Origin: a virus
Lineage: Duplodnaviria > Caudoviricetes
Virus record (IMG/VR): IMGVR_UViG_3300012890_000003
Span: 1-39,480 of that record
Reading direction: 5' to 3' (one strand)
Length of the DNA: 39,480 nt
The notes under the pieces were generated by a model that ran no database searches, had not been told where the DNA came from, and saw nothing but the letters and a program-made list of their open reading frames with translations. Position 1 is the first letter of the stretch. The number at the start of each line of letters is the position of its first letter. Made by a program: the position numbers and the translations under genes. Below are positions 7,287 to 16,411 of the stretch, one piece after another.

Positions 7287-10200
7287 CTAGTGCCGCACGC
7301 GCACCCCGCCCCCGTGCACGCGGCGGGCATAGTGGCTGTACTTGCCCGGGGCGTAGGCGTAGGCCTGGTGGGTGATGCGTACGCCGTTGGGCAGGTCGAG
7401 CAGCGGGTCGCGGGCGTCGGCGCCGGGGCCGATTTCGACGAGCGACACCTCGCTGCGGGCCAGGCGCAGGTTCCAGGCTGTAGCGCCTACCCCAAAGCGG
7501 CGGCCGGGCACGTCGTACGGGGTATCTATGCTATCGAGCAGGTAGGGCGGGGCCAGGCCGTCGTGCTTGAGCACGCCGGTTAGCAGCCGGCTGGGCCCCT
7601 CGCGCAGGGCCAGCGCGTCGTAGATGTTGGCCTCGAAGAGGGGGGCCGGCAGTAGGTCGAGCTTGCGGGCCCAGGCCGTGCTGAGCGAGCCGTCGGCCAG
7701 GGCCACGGCCTTACTGAAGGCGTGGCGATTGCCTTCGAAGAGGCCGGCGGCAATCGGCACGTCCGGGTGGTACACGGCCAGGGCCTCGGTGGGCCGCACC
7801 GTGCCGGCTGGGCCGTCGGCGCGGAAGTTATCGGCCCCATCCCAGGTGGCTTGCTGGGGGCGTAGCTCAATGCCGATTTGCGAGATATGCAGCTGGGCAT
7901 GGGCAGTGGTGAAGTCCAGGGCCAGCCAGTTCTCATCCTGGGGCTTGGGCAGGTCAGCGGCCGCGACGAGCAGCCAGTTGACATCGCTGCCCGTCGCCGG
8001 TGGGGCGGGTACGGGGTCGTACAAGTCGTATTTGGCGCGGTAGTATTGGCCTGCATACGTCACGTACTCGTCGAGTCGAAAATTGGTATTGGCAACATAG
8101 GCGCGGTAGGTGGGCGCCGTGGGGCCAACGCGCGGGTCGGGCACGAGTGGACTGAGGTCGCGCTTGGCCTGGTAGTAGTCTCGTGGTCCCGTGGGGCTAC
8201 CACCAAGCTGAATGTAGACGACCTGCCCTTTCTTCACGCCCGTATTGGGGTCGTAGAGGGTACTGGTCACGTAGTTGCCGCCCGCGTCTTTCGTGGCCAG
8301 GCCGCCCGTCCACGGCCGCACGTACAGCACGGCCTGGCTGGCTCCAGTAGGCAGCGATGGCAGCACCACCTGCGTGGTGCTGGCCTTGTCGGTAGCGCTT
8401 TTGGCCAGCGGCAGCTGGAGGAGTAGGGGGTAGGCCGGCCGAAGCCCATCCACCACCACTTCCACGGCCAGCGTAAGGCTGGCCGGCGAGTCGGCCGCGG
8501 CCGTGCCGTCGTCCTGGTAGTGCGTGGGCGTGACGCGCGCCACCACCGTCAGGAAGGCCGGGCAGCTTTCCGGGCTCGGCACCAGGGGCAGGGGTGGGCT
8601 TTTCAGGTAGCGCTCATCGGCGGCCCCGTTGCTGGCCGGCCACTTGGTTACGTAATCCATGCCCTTCTCGCCGCCCTGCTCCAGCACCAGCGCAAAGCCG
8701 GCCGCGGTGCCGGACACCCAGCCCGCGATGGGCCGCAGCGCCCCGCCGTTGGCCAGCCAGCTATCGGGGTCACTGAATACGTCGCCGGCTGGAAAGGCGT
8801 TTTTCAGCCAGCCCACGTCGGTGGTGCCGGCCAGCGACTTCCAGCCCGGGCGCAGCTGCAGCTGCTGACCTGCCGTCACCCAGCCCCAGCCCGGGCGCTC
8901 GCTACGCGGTACGAGCGTGCCGCTGGGCGCCGGCGCCGTGACGGCGGCCAGGGCCGTGCCGGCGGGCCGGTAGGCGCGGCCCGGCGCGTCGTCGAGGGCT
9001 TCGAGCAGGCTGCGCACCTGCCACTGGCCCGCGCGCTGGCAGAGCGTGCCGCCCAGCGCCTGGGCCAGGGCCTCCACCACGGTGCGGTCATCGGTGGGCG
9101 CCTTTTTATCCGCTTCCCAGTAGCCGGCGCGCTCGGTGGTGGCGGCCAGCTCGGGGGCGTCGGCGTCGCTCATCTCCGTGCTGCGCCGGTTCACGAAGAA
9201 AGCCAGCGGCAGGCTGACCCCGCACCGACTCAGGGCGCAGAGCAGGGTGTTACGCAGCGGCCGGCGGCCTTGCAGGCGCTGGCCGATGTGGCCCAGGAAG
9301 AAGGTGTCCTTCAGCCCGGCCAGCCCATCGGTGGCCGTGAGCGTGACGGGCAGTAGCCCGCCCAGCAGCGGCTCGTGGTAGACGTCGGGCTGCACGTAGC
9401 CCCGGAACTGCAGCTTGTCGTCGTAGTACACGTCGCAGCGGCAGGCCCGGTCGTCGTTGACCACCACTTCTTCCAGGGTGCCGGGCAGCACCAGCAAACT
9501 CAGCTCGCCGGCCGTGCCCACCACGGCCGGCACGTCGCCCTGCCCGCCCAGGCTGCCGCTCAGGCCATCGGACTTCAGCACTACCGGGCTGCTGCCGTTG
9601 CCCTTAATGGCCTCCACGGTGCCGGTGTAGTCGCGCAGCCACAGCTCCAGGCGGCAGGGCACGCCGGCCGGGTCGCTGAAGGCGAGCTGCCAGCGCCGGC
9701 CGTAGCGCAGCTTCAGCGAAAACGGCACGTCCAACTTGTTGCCCACGGCGTCGGTGCAGGTCACGGTATAGTCGTCGGCCGGCAGCCCGTCGAAGCTGCC
9801 GGTGGTGTTGCTGCCGTGGCCAGGCAGGGCGAAGGTGACGGGCAGCGCCGTGGCGTTCAGTTCGACCAACACCCCGCCGTTTTGCTCGGCCGTGCTGTCG
9901 GGGTTGAACAGGATGAGGTTGTCGAGCGCCAGCGTGGCGGCCCCACTGGAGGCGGCCGGGCCACTCACGTCGGCATCGCTGTAGTCGATGAGCGGCGGGT
10001 CGGTCACGCGCCAGGTGCGAAGCGTGACCTCATCGGCCAGCAGGTAGGCATCGACGACGGAGCCGGCCGGCAGGTCGTAGAAATAGCCGTCGCCGGTGCC
10101 GTCCGGCCCGTAGCCGTAGTGGTCGGTGGTTTTGGTGGCGGGGTTATAGAGCAGGATGGTGCCCCGGCCGGTCAGGTCATCACCCGTGTAGGTCTGCTCC

Positions 10201-10802
10201 AGAATCACCCCGTACGGGATGCCGGTGGGCTCGCCCAGCACCACGTTGAAGGGCCGCGTGCTCGTGCAGTTGTCGGCGTCGGTGGTGTGCACCACGTAGG
10301 GCGAAAGCGCCGTGTCGAGGTTGAAAAGCTCCAGCGGCAGGGCCGCCGTGCGGCGGGTAGCCGTGGCCACGGTGGTCCCGTTCTTATCCTTGACCACGAA
10401 CTTGTAGGGTGGCGTGCCATCCTGGCCGAACACCTTCACGTACCCGTCGGGCGGGCCGACGGGTACGCTGCTGGTATCTATCGTCACGAGGCCGCGCTCG
10501 GGCACCGTCACCGCCGGCCGCAGCGTGCAGACGCTGGGCCCGGCGGCGGCGCCGGTCAGGTTGCTGGTGTTCACCTGCCCGTGGCCGGCATAGTGTACCA
10601 CGCGCACCTTGCCCGTGGCAAACTGCCAGCGGTCTACCTCCACCCCCACAGCCAGCTCGGCCGGGTTGCTGGTAGCCGTTTGCTCTTGGGTGTGGTAGTA
10701 GGTGCGTTTCTCCGTGTCCCAGTAGTCGGTGGTGGCCACGTAGGCCAGGCCGGTCGTGTCGGGGTTGTCGAGAAGAACGCGGCGTAGCTGAACGTAAGAC
10801 AT
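7287..10802 (-). CDS. Large tail tip/baseplate protein with SprB-like and CBM5/12-like modules
   Basis: 1171 aa, downstream of the tape measure gene; GTPPYKF...TDADNCT and FDGLPADDYTVTCTDAVGN are SprB-like; YVANTNFRLDEYVTYAGQYYRAK...NWLLV is CBM5/12-like. Confidence 0.78.
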   Translation of the reverse strand: MSYVQLRRVLLDNPDTTGLAYVATTDYWDTEKRTYYHTQEQTATSNPAELAVGVEVDRWQFATGKVRVVHYAGHGQVNTSNLTGAAAGPSVCTLRPAVTVPERGLVTIDTSSVPVGPPDGYVKVFGQDGTPPYKFVVKDKNGTTVATATRRTAALPLELFNLDTALSPYVVHTTDADNCTSTRPFNVVLGEPTGIPYGVILEQTYTGDDLTGRGTILLYNPATKTTDHYGYGPDGTGDGYFYDLPAGSVVDAYLLADEVTLRTWRVTDPPLIDYSDADVSGPAASSGAATLALDNLILFNPDSTAEQNGGVLVELNATALPVTFALPGHGSNTTGSFDGLPADDYTVTCTDAVGNKLDVPFSLKLRYGRRWQLAFSDPAGVPCRLELWLRDYTGTVEAIKGNGSSPVVLKSDGLSGSLGGQGDVPAVVGTAGELSLLVLPGTLEEVVVNDDRACRCDVYYDDKLQFRGYVQPDVYHEPLLGGLLPVTLTATDGLAGLKDTFFLGHIGQRLQGRRPLRNTLLCALSRCGVSLPLAFFVNRRSTEMSDADAPELAATTERAGYWEADKKAPTDDRTVVEALAQALGGTLCQRAGQWQVRSLLEALDDAPGRAYRPAGTALAAVTAPAPSGTLVPRSERPGWGWVTAGQQLQLRPGWKSLAGTTDVGWLKNAFPAGDVFSDPDSWLANGGALRPIAGWVSGTAAGFALVLEQGGEKGMDYVTKWPASNGAADERYLKSPPLPLVPSPESCPAFLTVVARVTPTHYQDDGTAAADSPASLTLAVEVVVDGLRPAYPLLLQLPLAKSATDKASTTQVVLPSLPTGASQAVLYVRPWTGGLATKDAGGNYVTSTLYDPNTGVKKGQVVYIQLGGSPTGPRDYYQAKRDLSPLVPDPRVGPTAPTYRAYVANTNFRLDEYVTYAGQYYRAKYDLYDPVPAPPATGSDVNWLLVAAADLPKPQDENWLALDFTTAHAQLHISQIGIELRPQQATWDGADNFRADGPAGTVRPTEALAVYHPDVPIAAGLFEGNRHAFSKAVALADGSLSTAWARKLDLLPAPLFEANIYDALALREGPSRLLTGVLKHDGLAPPYLLDSIDTPYDVPGRRFGVGATAWNLRLARSEVSLVEIGPGADARDPLLDLPNGVRITHQAYAYAPGKYSHYARRVHGGGVRVRH

Positions 10803-10805
10803 GCC

Positions 10806-10859
10806 CGAAGTTCCGGCCGGGTCGGGAGCAGGGGCCGGGCGGGGCGGGGAAAAGCGGGA
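10806..10859 (-). promoter_or_regulatory. Putative late promoter 2
   Basis: TCCCGCTTTTCCCCGCC-N29-GAACTTCG, 3 nt before the ATG at 10802. Confidence 0.78.
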
Positions 10860-10881
10860 CAGATGCTACTATATTCGGCGA

Positions 10882-10992
10882 ATGAAACGCCGCCCGCTTG
10901 CCGTCTATATCCGCTACTGGGGTGGCCCGCTGGTCTGGGTGGTTTGCACGGGCGGGCTGTTGCTACTGGCTATTGAGCTTTTTAAAAGATGA
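10882..10992 (+). CDS. 36-aa single-TM peptide (moron gene 1)
   Basis: MKRRPLAVYIRYWGGPLVWVVCTGGLLLLAIELFKR; TATATTCG -7-like box at 10870-10877; ATGA coupling to the next gene. Confidence 0.5.
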   Translation: MKRRPLAVYIRYWGGPLVWVVCTGGLLLLAIELFKR

Positions 10993-11447
10993 AACACCTC
11001 TTACTCGCTGGCCTGCTGCTAGCTGGCGCGCCGGCGCTGGCGCAATCTACTGCACCAGCCAAAGGGGCAACGACAATCATTGTACACAGTCCTGATAGCG
11101 CAAAAGCCTGCTACACTAAAATGCTAAAGGGTATCCTGCTGGCTGGCTACGGCATAGACAAAAGCGACAAGGAAGCACTGTTTGTGAGTATGCCAGCCAA
11201 ATCAGTAGATGGGGCCGTCTCGGTTAAACTTCAGGCCGTAGTTACTCCGACACCAACTGGGAGTGACATGATTTTCAGAGGTGTCTACACTTGGGTGAGC
11301 GCGCTCACCATACAAGCTCATATAGAGAATAGAGAGTTGCCAATTCAATTTGCTGGTGGTGAAAATGGCCCCAGCAAACGGGCATGGCGAGAGCTACAAA
11401 AGGCGGCTGGCGCCGCCTTGCCAGGGGCCAGTGTTACCTACCAATAA
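10989..11447 (+). CDS. Secreted/periplasmic moron protein
   Basis: Sec signal MKHLLLAGLLLAGAPALA-Q; lower GC; opposite strand to the tail operon. Confidence 0.85.
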   Translation: MKHLLLAGLLLAGAPALAQSTAPAKGATTIIVHSPDSAKACYTKMLKGILLAGYGIDKSDKEALFVSMPAKSVDGAVSVKLQAVVTPTPTGSDMIFRGVYTWVSALTIQAHIENRELPIQFAGGENGPSKRAWRELQKAAGAALPGASVTYQ

Positions 11448-11449
11448 GT

Positions 11450-14071
11450 TTAGCCTGTGCGCTGCACCCGGTAGTCCTGCGCACGTCCGATGGCTACCAA
11501 ATCTGGCCCACGCAGCTTGAACTCGGCAATAACCTTCACCGTCTGCTGGCTGCCTGCCTGGCCCACATTGCTGGCGCGGGGGCTGTTGGGCGTGCTGCTG
11601 CTCGAACTACTGCCGATGCTGCTGGCGAAAGAGCTAGCCAGCCCAGCCGCTGCCACCAAGGCCACGCCGCCAGCAATTTGTGCAATGCCCAGTCCCTGCA
11701 TACCAGGTATGACGAGATTGGCCGCGCCCAGGGCAATCAACAACTCACCCTCCTGCTCAGCAAAGCTGGCCAGAGCCTTAATAATGCCCGCCCCGGCGGC
11801 GGCCAGCACGTCGCCCCCGTCGGCGAGCGCGCTGCCAATGCTTTGGCCAATGGAAGCAAAGGCCGCCGCTGGAAAGGCATCCGTCAACTCCTCGGTGCGG
11901 GTGTTAAAGTCGGCCATTGCCTGCGTAAACACCGGGTACTTCTGGTTTTGAATCGCGTGTAAACGGTCGTAGCCGGCGGCCAGGCCCTCGGCGCTCAAGT
12001 CCAGTCCCGTCAAATCCATCGGCACCACGTCGGGCAGCTTCAACGGCTCAGGTGTTTGGAGCTTGAAATCAGGCGTGACATTCATTTTTTCCAGCCCCTT
12101 CGCCACCCGCGTGCTCAGCATCTCATTGTCGCCGAGCGTTGTGTTGAGGTTGCGCAGGTCGGCCACCAGCCGTTGCACGGCCACCGAAGCTGGCGCAAAG
12201 CCCGCTGCAATTAGTTTTTTGATGCCCGACTCCGTGGCGCTTTGCCGGCTCTTGAGGTAGTCGTACTGGTCGCCTAGGGCTAGGCTTTCGTTGGCCACCG
12301 TACGAAGCGACTTCTGCACGTCGGCGTACGCCTTTTGCATCTCTTTCGAGGCAACACCAAGTTCGTTGAGCCGCTTAATCTGGGCTTCGAGGCTGGCAAT
12401 AAGCTGATTGCTAGCGGCGATATCGGCCTCAGTAGTAAGGTTGGGCTTCGCCTCCTTCGCCGCCTTCAACTCATCCTCCAGCTTTTTGAGCAGGCCGATT
12501 TGCTTAGCAGCCTCGCCCGCCTGCGCAGCCACCACATCAAGGCGCACACCATTGAGAAGCGCCAGGTTAGCCGCAAACTGCGCCCCCACAGCGTTGAACT
12601 CCTTGGCCTGCTGCGTGAGCACGTAGATGCCGCTGTCGGTAGGCGCCTTTTTGCTGAAGCCAAACAGGTTGGCAATGGGGTCGATAAGGCTATAAAATGC
12701 CTGTGCGGCGCCATCGGCGGCGCTCACGGTGTCGCCAGTCAGCAGGCCATTGATAGCCTTCACGCTGCCGGCTAGCACGTCGAGGGCGGCCGTAACCCCT
12801 ACGGCTAGCTCCCGAAACACGGTGCGAAACACCGTGGCCGCCGACACCATCTGGCCCAGGTTGCCGCCCACGTTGGCCCGGATAGTGCTGAATGCTTCGC
12901 CGATGGCGCTGGCCGCTGAGCGGGCGGCGCCGGCCAGGTCACTAAACAGCGTGCTGCCCTCGCCTGAGCTGAAGTAAGCCGCAATGGCGCTCCAATTATC
13001 GTAGATGAGGTAGGCAGCGGCGGCCACGGCAGCAGCAGCCGGGAGAATCGGCCCCAGGGCCGCCAGCGAGCTAACGCCTAGCACCTCAAATCCGGCCGTG
13101 AGGGCGGGTAGCGCAGCGCCCAGCGTGCCCACGGCCACCAGCACCGGCCCCACGGCGGCCGCGATGCCGCCCAGTGCGACAATGAGCGTCTGGGTGCCCG
13201 GCGTGAGGCTAGCGAATGCGTTGGCAGCCCGCTCCACAAAGCTGCTGAGGCCCGCCAGGATGCCTGGCAGGTTCAGGGCCTTGCTGATGCCGTCGCCGAA
13301 CTTGGCCAGCGCCAGCGTGCCCGTATCCACAAAGTTTTCCAGCCCGTTTTTCAGCCCGCCTGTCACCTGCGGCAGCTTGGCCAGCTCATCGGTGAGCACG
13401 GCGATAAAGTCGGTGCTGCTCTTCCCCTGCTTAGCCAGGCTGGCCGAAATGGTTTCGCTGTCCACCGTGCCGTAGAGGCGCTGAAGTGCGCCCGATACGG
13501 CCGGGGCCGCCTCGATGATGGGGCGCAGGTCCTGGGCCAGCACCTTGCCCTTGGCGCTGAGCTGGGCTAGCTGTACTGTTACGCGGTCGAACTCGTTCTT
13601 GCCGCCGCCCGTGGTGGCGATGGCATTGGCGAAGGCCTTGATGCTTTTGGCCGATTGCTCGGCCGAGATACCCACGGCCCGCAGGCGTACGTCGCCCTGC
13701 ACCGCACCCTCGAAGCCCAGGCCTGGCAGCTTGGCAATTTCTTGCAGCTGCTTCATCCGTTCAGCCGTGCTCTGGGCGGCGGCCTGCACCGCATTCAGCC
13801 CCGTTACGCCCTGCTTGCCCAACTCTTGCAGCGTGATGGCCTCCAAGCCCTTTTTCAGGCTCTCAATCTTACCACTAGCGGCTACGGCGGCCCCGCTGAA
13901 CAAGGCCAGCGGGGCCGTGACGTACTGCGTGAGGCTGGTGCCGATATCCTTCAGCCCCTCGCTGAACTGCACTAGGCCCTTCAGCTCACGGCGGGCCTGG
14001 GCCATCGCGGCGCGGAAACCCGAGATTTCGGCCCCTAAGACAACGGAAACGGAGGCTAATACATCGGCCAT
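11450..14071 (-). CDS. Tail tape measure protein
   Basis: 873 aa, Ala/Gly-rich; tape-measure motif QLAQLSAKGKVLAQDLRPI; follows the tail chaperones. Confidence 0.93.
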   Translation of the reverse strand: MADVLASVSVVLGAEISGFRAAMAQARRELKGLVQFSEGLKDIGTSLTQYVTAPLALFSGAAVAASGKIESLKKGLEAITLQELGKQGVTGLNAVQAAAQSTAERMKQLQEIAKLPGLGFEGAVQGDVRLRAVGISAEQSAKSIKAFANAIATTGGGKNEFDRVTVQLAQLSAKGKVLAQDLRPIIEAAPAVSGALQRLYGTVDSETISASLAKQGKSSTDFIAVLTDELAKLPQVTGGLKNGLENFVDTGTLALAKFGDGISKALNLPGILAGLSSFVERAANAFASLTPGTQTLIVALGGIAAAVGPVLVAVGTLGAALPALTAGFEVLGVSSLAALGPILPAAAAVAAAAYLIYDNWSAIAAYFSSGEGSTLFSDLAGAARSAASAIGEAFSTIRANVGGNLGQMVSAATVFRTVFRELAVGVTAALDVLAGSVKAINGLLTGDTVSAADGAAQAFYSLIDPIANLFGFSKKAPTDSGIYVLTQQAKEFNAVGAQFAANLALLNGVRLDVVAAQAGEAAKQIGLLKKLEDELKAAKEAKPNLTTEADIAASNQLIASLEAQIKRLNELGVASKEMQKAYADVQKSLRTVANESLALGDQYDYLKSRQSATESGIKKLIAAGFAPASVAVQRLVADLRNLNTTLGDNEMLSTRVAKGLEKMNVTPDFKLQTPEPLKLPDVVPMDLTGLDLSAEGLAAGYDRLHAIQNQKYPVFTQAMADFNTRTEELTDAFPAAAFASIGQSIGSALADGGDVLAAAGAGIIKALASFAEQEGELLIALGAANLVIPGMQGLGIAQIAGGVALVAAAGLASSFASSIGSSSSSSTPNSPRASNVGQAGSQQTVKVIAEFKLRGPDLVAIGRAQDYRVQRTG

Positions 14072-14077
14072 GGTAGC

Positions 14078-14443
14078 TTATTCTAAGCTTGCAATACGGG
14101 CAAATTCTTCTTCACTCATTACCTCAGCCAGGACGGGCGGGCCATCGCCGTATAGGGGCAGCCATTCTTCAGGCACCACGGACGGGGTATTCTCACCCCG
14201 GTTGATGTTCAGTAAAATGGCGCCCAGCAGGCGCGTGCGCCGCCAGGCGTCGGCGGTGCGGCGGTGGTAGCCCCGGCAGCGGCGGTCGAACTCTGAGAGT
14301 GACATCTCCCAGAACTCACCCGCTGGCAGGGCCAGCTCCCCGAACGCGAAGTCGAGGTGCTGGTCCCACTCCTCAGTGGAGCTTATGCGGCGGGGGCTGG
14401 CTGCGGCGCCACTTTCGCCAGCAGGGCCCCCATCAGAGGGCCC
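14078..14443 (-). CDS. Tail assembly chaperone, -1 frameshift extension (gpGT-like)
   Basis: The -1 frame is open from G_GGC_CCT (14443-14437) through ...EEWDQHLDFAFGELALPAGEFWEMSLSEFDRR. Confidence 0.72.
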   Translation of the reverse strand, partial: GPSDGGPAGESGAAASPRRISSTEEWDQHLDFAFGELALPAGEFWEMSLSEFDRRCRGYHRRTADAWRRTRLLGAILLNINRGENTPSVVPEEWLPLYGDGPPVLAEVMSEEEFARIASLE

Positions 14444-14760
14444 ACGCGCAGGGTTTCCTTCAGCGCATCGGCCAGGGCCTCGTTATTGGCCGGGTTCAGG
14501 CTATCAATCAGCTCGCCAGCATCATCCTGGGTGAAGGCTTCGCAGCCTGGCACGTAGCGCCGCACGGCGCAGCTTACTAAAGCGGTAGCGGCCTCGTTGA
14601 AATCGGTGCTGAGCAAGCTAGCAAATTCGCTCGTGCCCAGACCTGTGAGCTTGGTCACGTCGCGCATCACGTTCATGCCGAAGCGTAGCTTGTGGGGCTG
14701 GCCGTTGATGGGCATCGTTACTTCGCCGCGGGCAGCATTGGGGAGAGTGTTGATTTCCAT
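14383..14760 (-). CDS. Tail assembly chaperone (gpG-like)
   Basis: 125 aa between tail tube and tape measure genes; INGQPHKLRFGMN motif. Confidence 0.85.
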   Translation of the reverse strand: MEINTLPNAARGEVTMPINGQPHKLRFGMNVMRDVTKLTGLGTSEFASLLSTDFNEAATALVSCAVRRYVPGCEAFTQDDAGELIDSLNPANNEALADALKETLRVGPLMGALLAKVAPQPAPAA

Positions 14761-14792
14761 GATTAAGCAGAAAAAAGGAATGGGTTTCGCCC

Positions 14793-14823
14793 AAAAAGCC
14801 CGCCCGGAAGCCGGGCGGGTTTT
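14793..14823 (-). terminator. Intrinsic terminator after the tail tube gene
   Basis: GCCCGCCCGG-AAG-CCGGGCGGGT stem with an A5 tract on the plus strand (U-tract on minus). Confidence 0.75.
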
Positions 14824-14845
14824 CTGGACATGGATAGCTACTTTC

Positions 14846-15322
14846 TTAGCTGGTGAGGGTCTTGGTCAGCTCCCCGGTGCCTTGCAGGCTCACCGCGTAG
14901 GTGGCCAGGCCCTTCTGCTGGCCCTTGAAGTCGGACTTGGTGATGAAGCAGCTGCCCGAATAGCGCGCCCGGCCCGTGCCGGTGCCCAGCGTGAAGCTCA
15001 CCTTCATCATCGTCTGGTTAAGCTGCAAATCGACCATGTTCTCGGCCGTCACGTTGTCGGTGGCGTCGGTCTGGGGCGGGCTGGCGGCCGGGTCGTCGGT
15101 GGCCTGGCGCACGTTGAGGCTGGCGCTGATGGTCCAGTCGGTCTGGCCGGGCTCGTACTCCTTGAAGTTGCCGCTGGCCACGCAGGTGGCTTCGTCGCTT
15201 TCGGTGTTGATGCTCAGGCCCATGTCGGTCGAGCAGCCGACCACCACTTGGGTAGGCGTGTTGTTGATGGTTTTTTCGACCGCCAGCTTGACGTCACGGC
15301 CGCGGATATTGGTGAGTGCCAT
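14846..15322 (-). CDS. Major tail (tube) protein
   Basis: Likely start MALTNIRGRDV; GCSTDMGLSI...DWTIS...ATYAVSLQGTGEL is a siphoviral tube pattern. Confidence 0.9.
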   Translation of the reverse strand: MALTNIRGRDVKLAVEKTINNTPTQVVVGCSTDMGLSINTESDEATCVASGNFKEYEPGQTDWTISASLNVRQATDDPAASPPQTDATDNVTAENMVDLQLNQTMMKVSFTLGTGTGRARYSGSCFITKSDFKGQQKGLATYAVSLQGTGELTKTLTS

Positions 15323-15326
15323 TTGA

Positions 15327-15343
15327 TGCAGAAAAAAGGTGAG
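15327..15343 (-). promoter_or_regulatory. Conserved late leader motif CTCACCTTTTTTCTGCA (tail tube)
   Basis: Identical 17-mer, 4 nt before the ATG. Confidence 0.7.
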
Positions 15344-15354
15344 AAAGCGGGTGA

Positions 15355-15729
15355 TTAGGCGGGTAGCTCCAGCAGGTAGTCCTGGCTTTTGAAGTAGCAC
15401 AGGGCCTGGTCGTGGTAGTGGTCCTGCTCGTTGTCGAGTTCCAGAAACACGTCGGGGGCGGGCTGGGCGAAGTGCAGCACCGCCCGGCAGGCGGCGGCCA
15501 GGGCCGATACCTCGGCGTAGGTATCGGCAAAGAGCGAGAGCTGCACCCGGGCCACGTCCCCGAAGTGGCAGGCGGGCGACCCATCGGGCACGCGGCTGAT
15601 GAGCTGATAGCACACGTAGGGCCGGGCCTGACCCTCGGGGGCGCGCAGCGGGTAGATGCGCGCGCCGACCAGGGCCGCGACGGGCGCGGCCTGGGTGAGC
15701 AAGGCGAATAAGAGCAGGCCGGGCTCCAT
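15355..15729 (-). CDS. Tail terminator/completion protein (DUF3168-like)
   Basis: ALVGARIYPLRAPEGQARPYVCYQLIS...RVQLSLFADTY; expected position. Confidence 0.85.
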   Translation of the reverse strand: MEPGLLLFALLTQAAPVAALVGARIYPLRAPEGQARPYVCYQLISRVPDGSPACHFGDVARVQLSLFADTYAEVSALAAACRAVLHFAQPAPDVFLELDNEQDHYHDQALCYFKSQDYLLELPA

Positions 15730-15924
15730 TTAATTAGCAGCAGCGTAAGCAACTGGGTCTTCTATGTGTAAAACCTTTGCTGTACAGCCTTTTTGGTACA
15801 CACACCCTTTATCTAGTCTAGACTTAGGAATTTGGTATATTCCGTGGTTTTCACAACGATGCGAACTATAATTCGCATCTGTTAGCTCCAAAAGTGTGCG
15901 CTCCGTCTTAGTGAGTTTTTTCAT
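15730..15924 (-). CDS. AT-rich 64-aa Cys/His protein inserted in the neck operon
   Basis: Coupled to both neighbours; HRCENH...CVYQKGC; low GC. Confidence 0.65.
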   Translation of the reverse strand: MKKLTKTERTLLELTDANYSSHRCENHGIYQIPKSRLDKGCVYQKGCTAKVLHIEDPVAYAAAN

Positions 15925-16409
15925 TTAAAAACGTCTTTAAAGCCACTGATAATTATCTCCTTACACTGGCTCTTGATGCTGTCCACCACGGCGCCCTTAG
16001 TCGAGTCGTAGGCGGGGCGCATGAAGGGCTGGGCGACAATGCCCGGATGCTGCACCTGGTAGGCGGCCCCGCCGTTCCAGACGAGCAGCTTGCCGGGCTT
16101 AGCCCGAATGGTATGCGGGGCGCCGCCGTGCTCCAGAATGTGCGCGTGCCAGCCCTTGAAGGGCCCGCCGCGCCGGGGGCCGACGGTGATGCTATTGGTT
16201 TTGCGGTTGGCGATGATGCCGATGCTCTTGGTCGTGTCGCCCGTCACGTCGGCGTGGCTGCTGTTTTGCTTGGCGGCCTGAATGAGCGGCTGGGCGGCCC
16301 GGCGCAGAATCTTATCCACTACCTGGTCGCCGAAGCGGCCGGGCAGTCCGTCGAGCACCTGGCCTAGCTCCTCGATGCCTTGAAAGTCGATGCCGGATGC
16401 GTTAGCCAT
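15921..16409 (-). CDS. HK97 gp10-like neck protein
   Basis: GIEELGQVL...HILEHG...AQPFMRPAYD motif. Confidence 0.9.
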   Translation of the reverse strand: MANASGIDFQGIEELGQVLDGLPGRFGDQVVDKILRRAAQPLIQAAKQNSSHADVTGDTTKSIGIIANRKTNSITVGPRRGGPFKGWHAHILEHGGAPHTIRAKPGKLLVWNGGAAYQVQHPGIVAQPFMRPAYDSTKGAVVDSIKSQCKEIIISGFKDVFK

Positions 16410-16411
16410 TT

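Noticed and set aside
9375-10787. Long plus-strand ORFs opposite structural and replication genes (e.g. 470 aa here, 17778-18701, 27176-28042)
   Set aside because: Antisense shadow ORFs typical of high-GC coding DNA, with no motifs or initiation context.
14846-15613. ORF-track N-terminal extensions (tail tube, 16412-16882, 2679-3326, 37486 repressor start and others)
   Set aside because: The extensions overlap genuine upstream genes or regulatory DNA; downstream ATGs fit gene coupling and family N-termini better.
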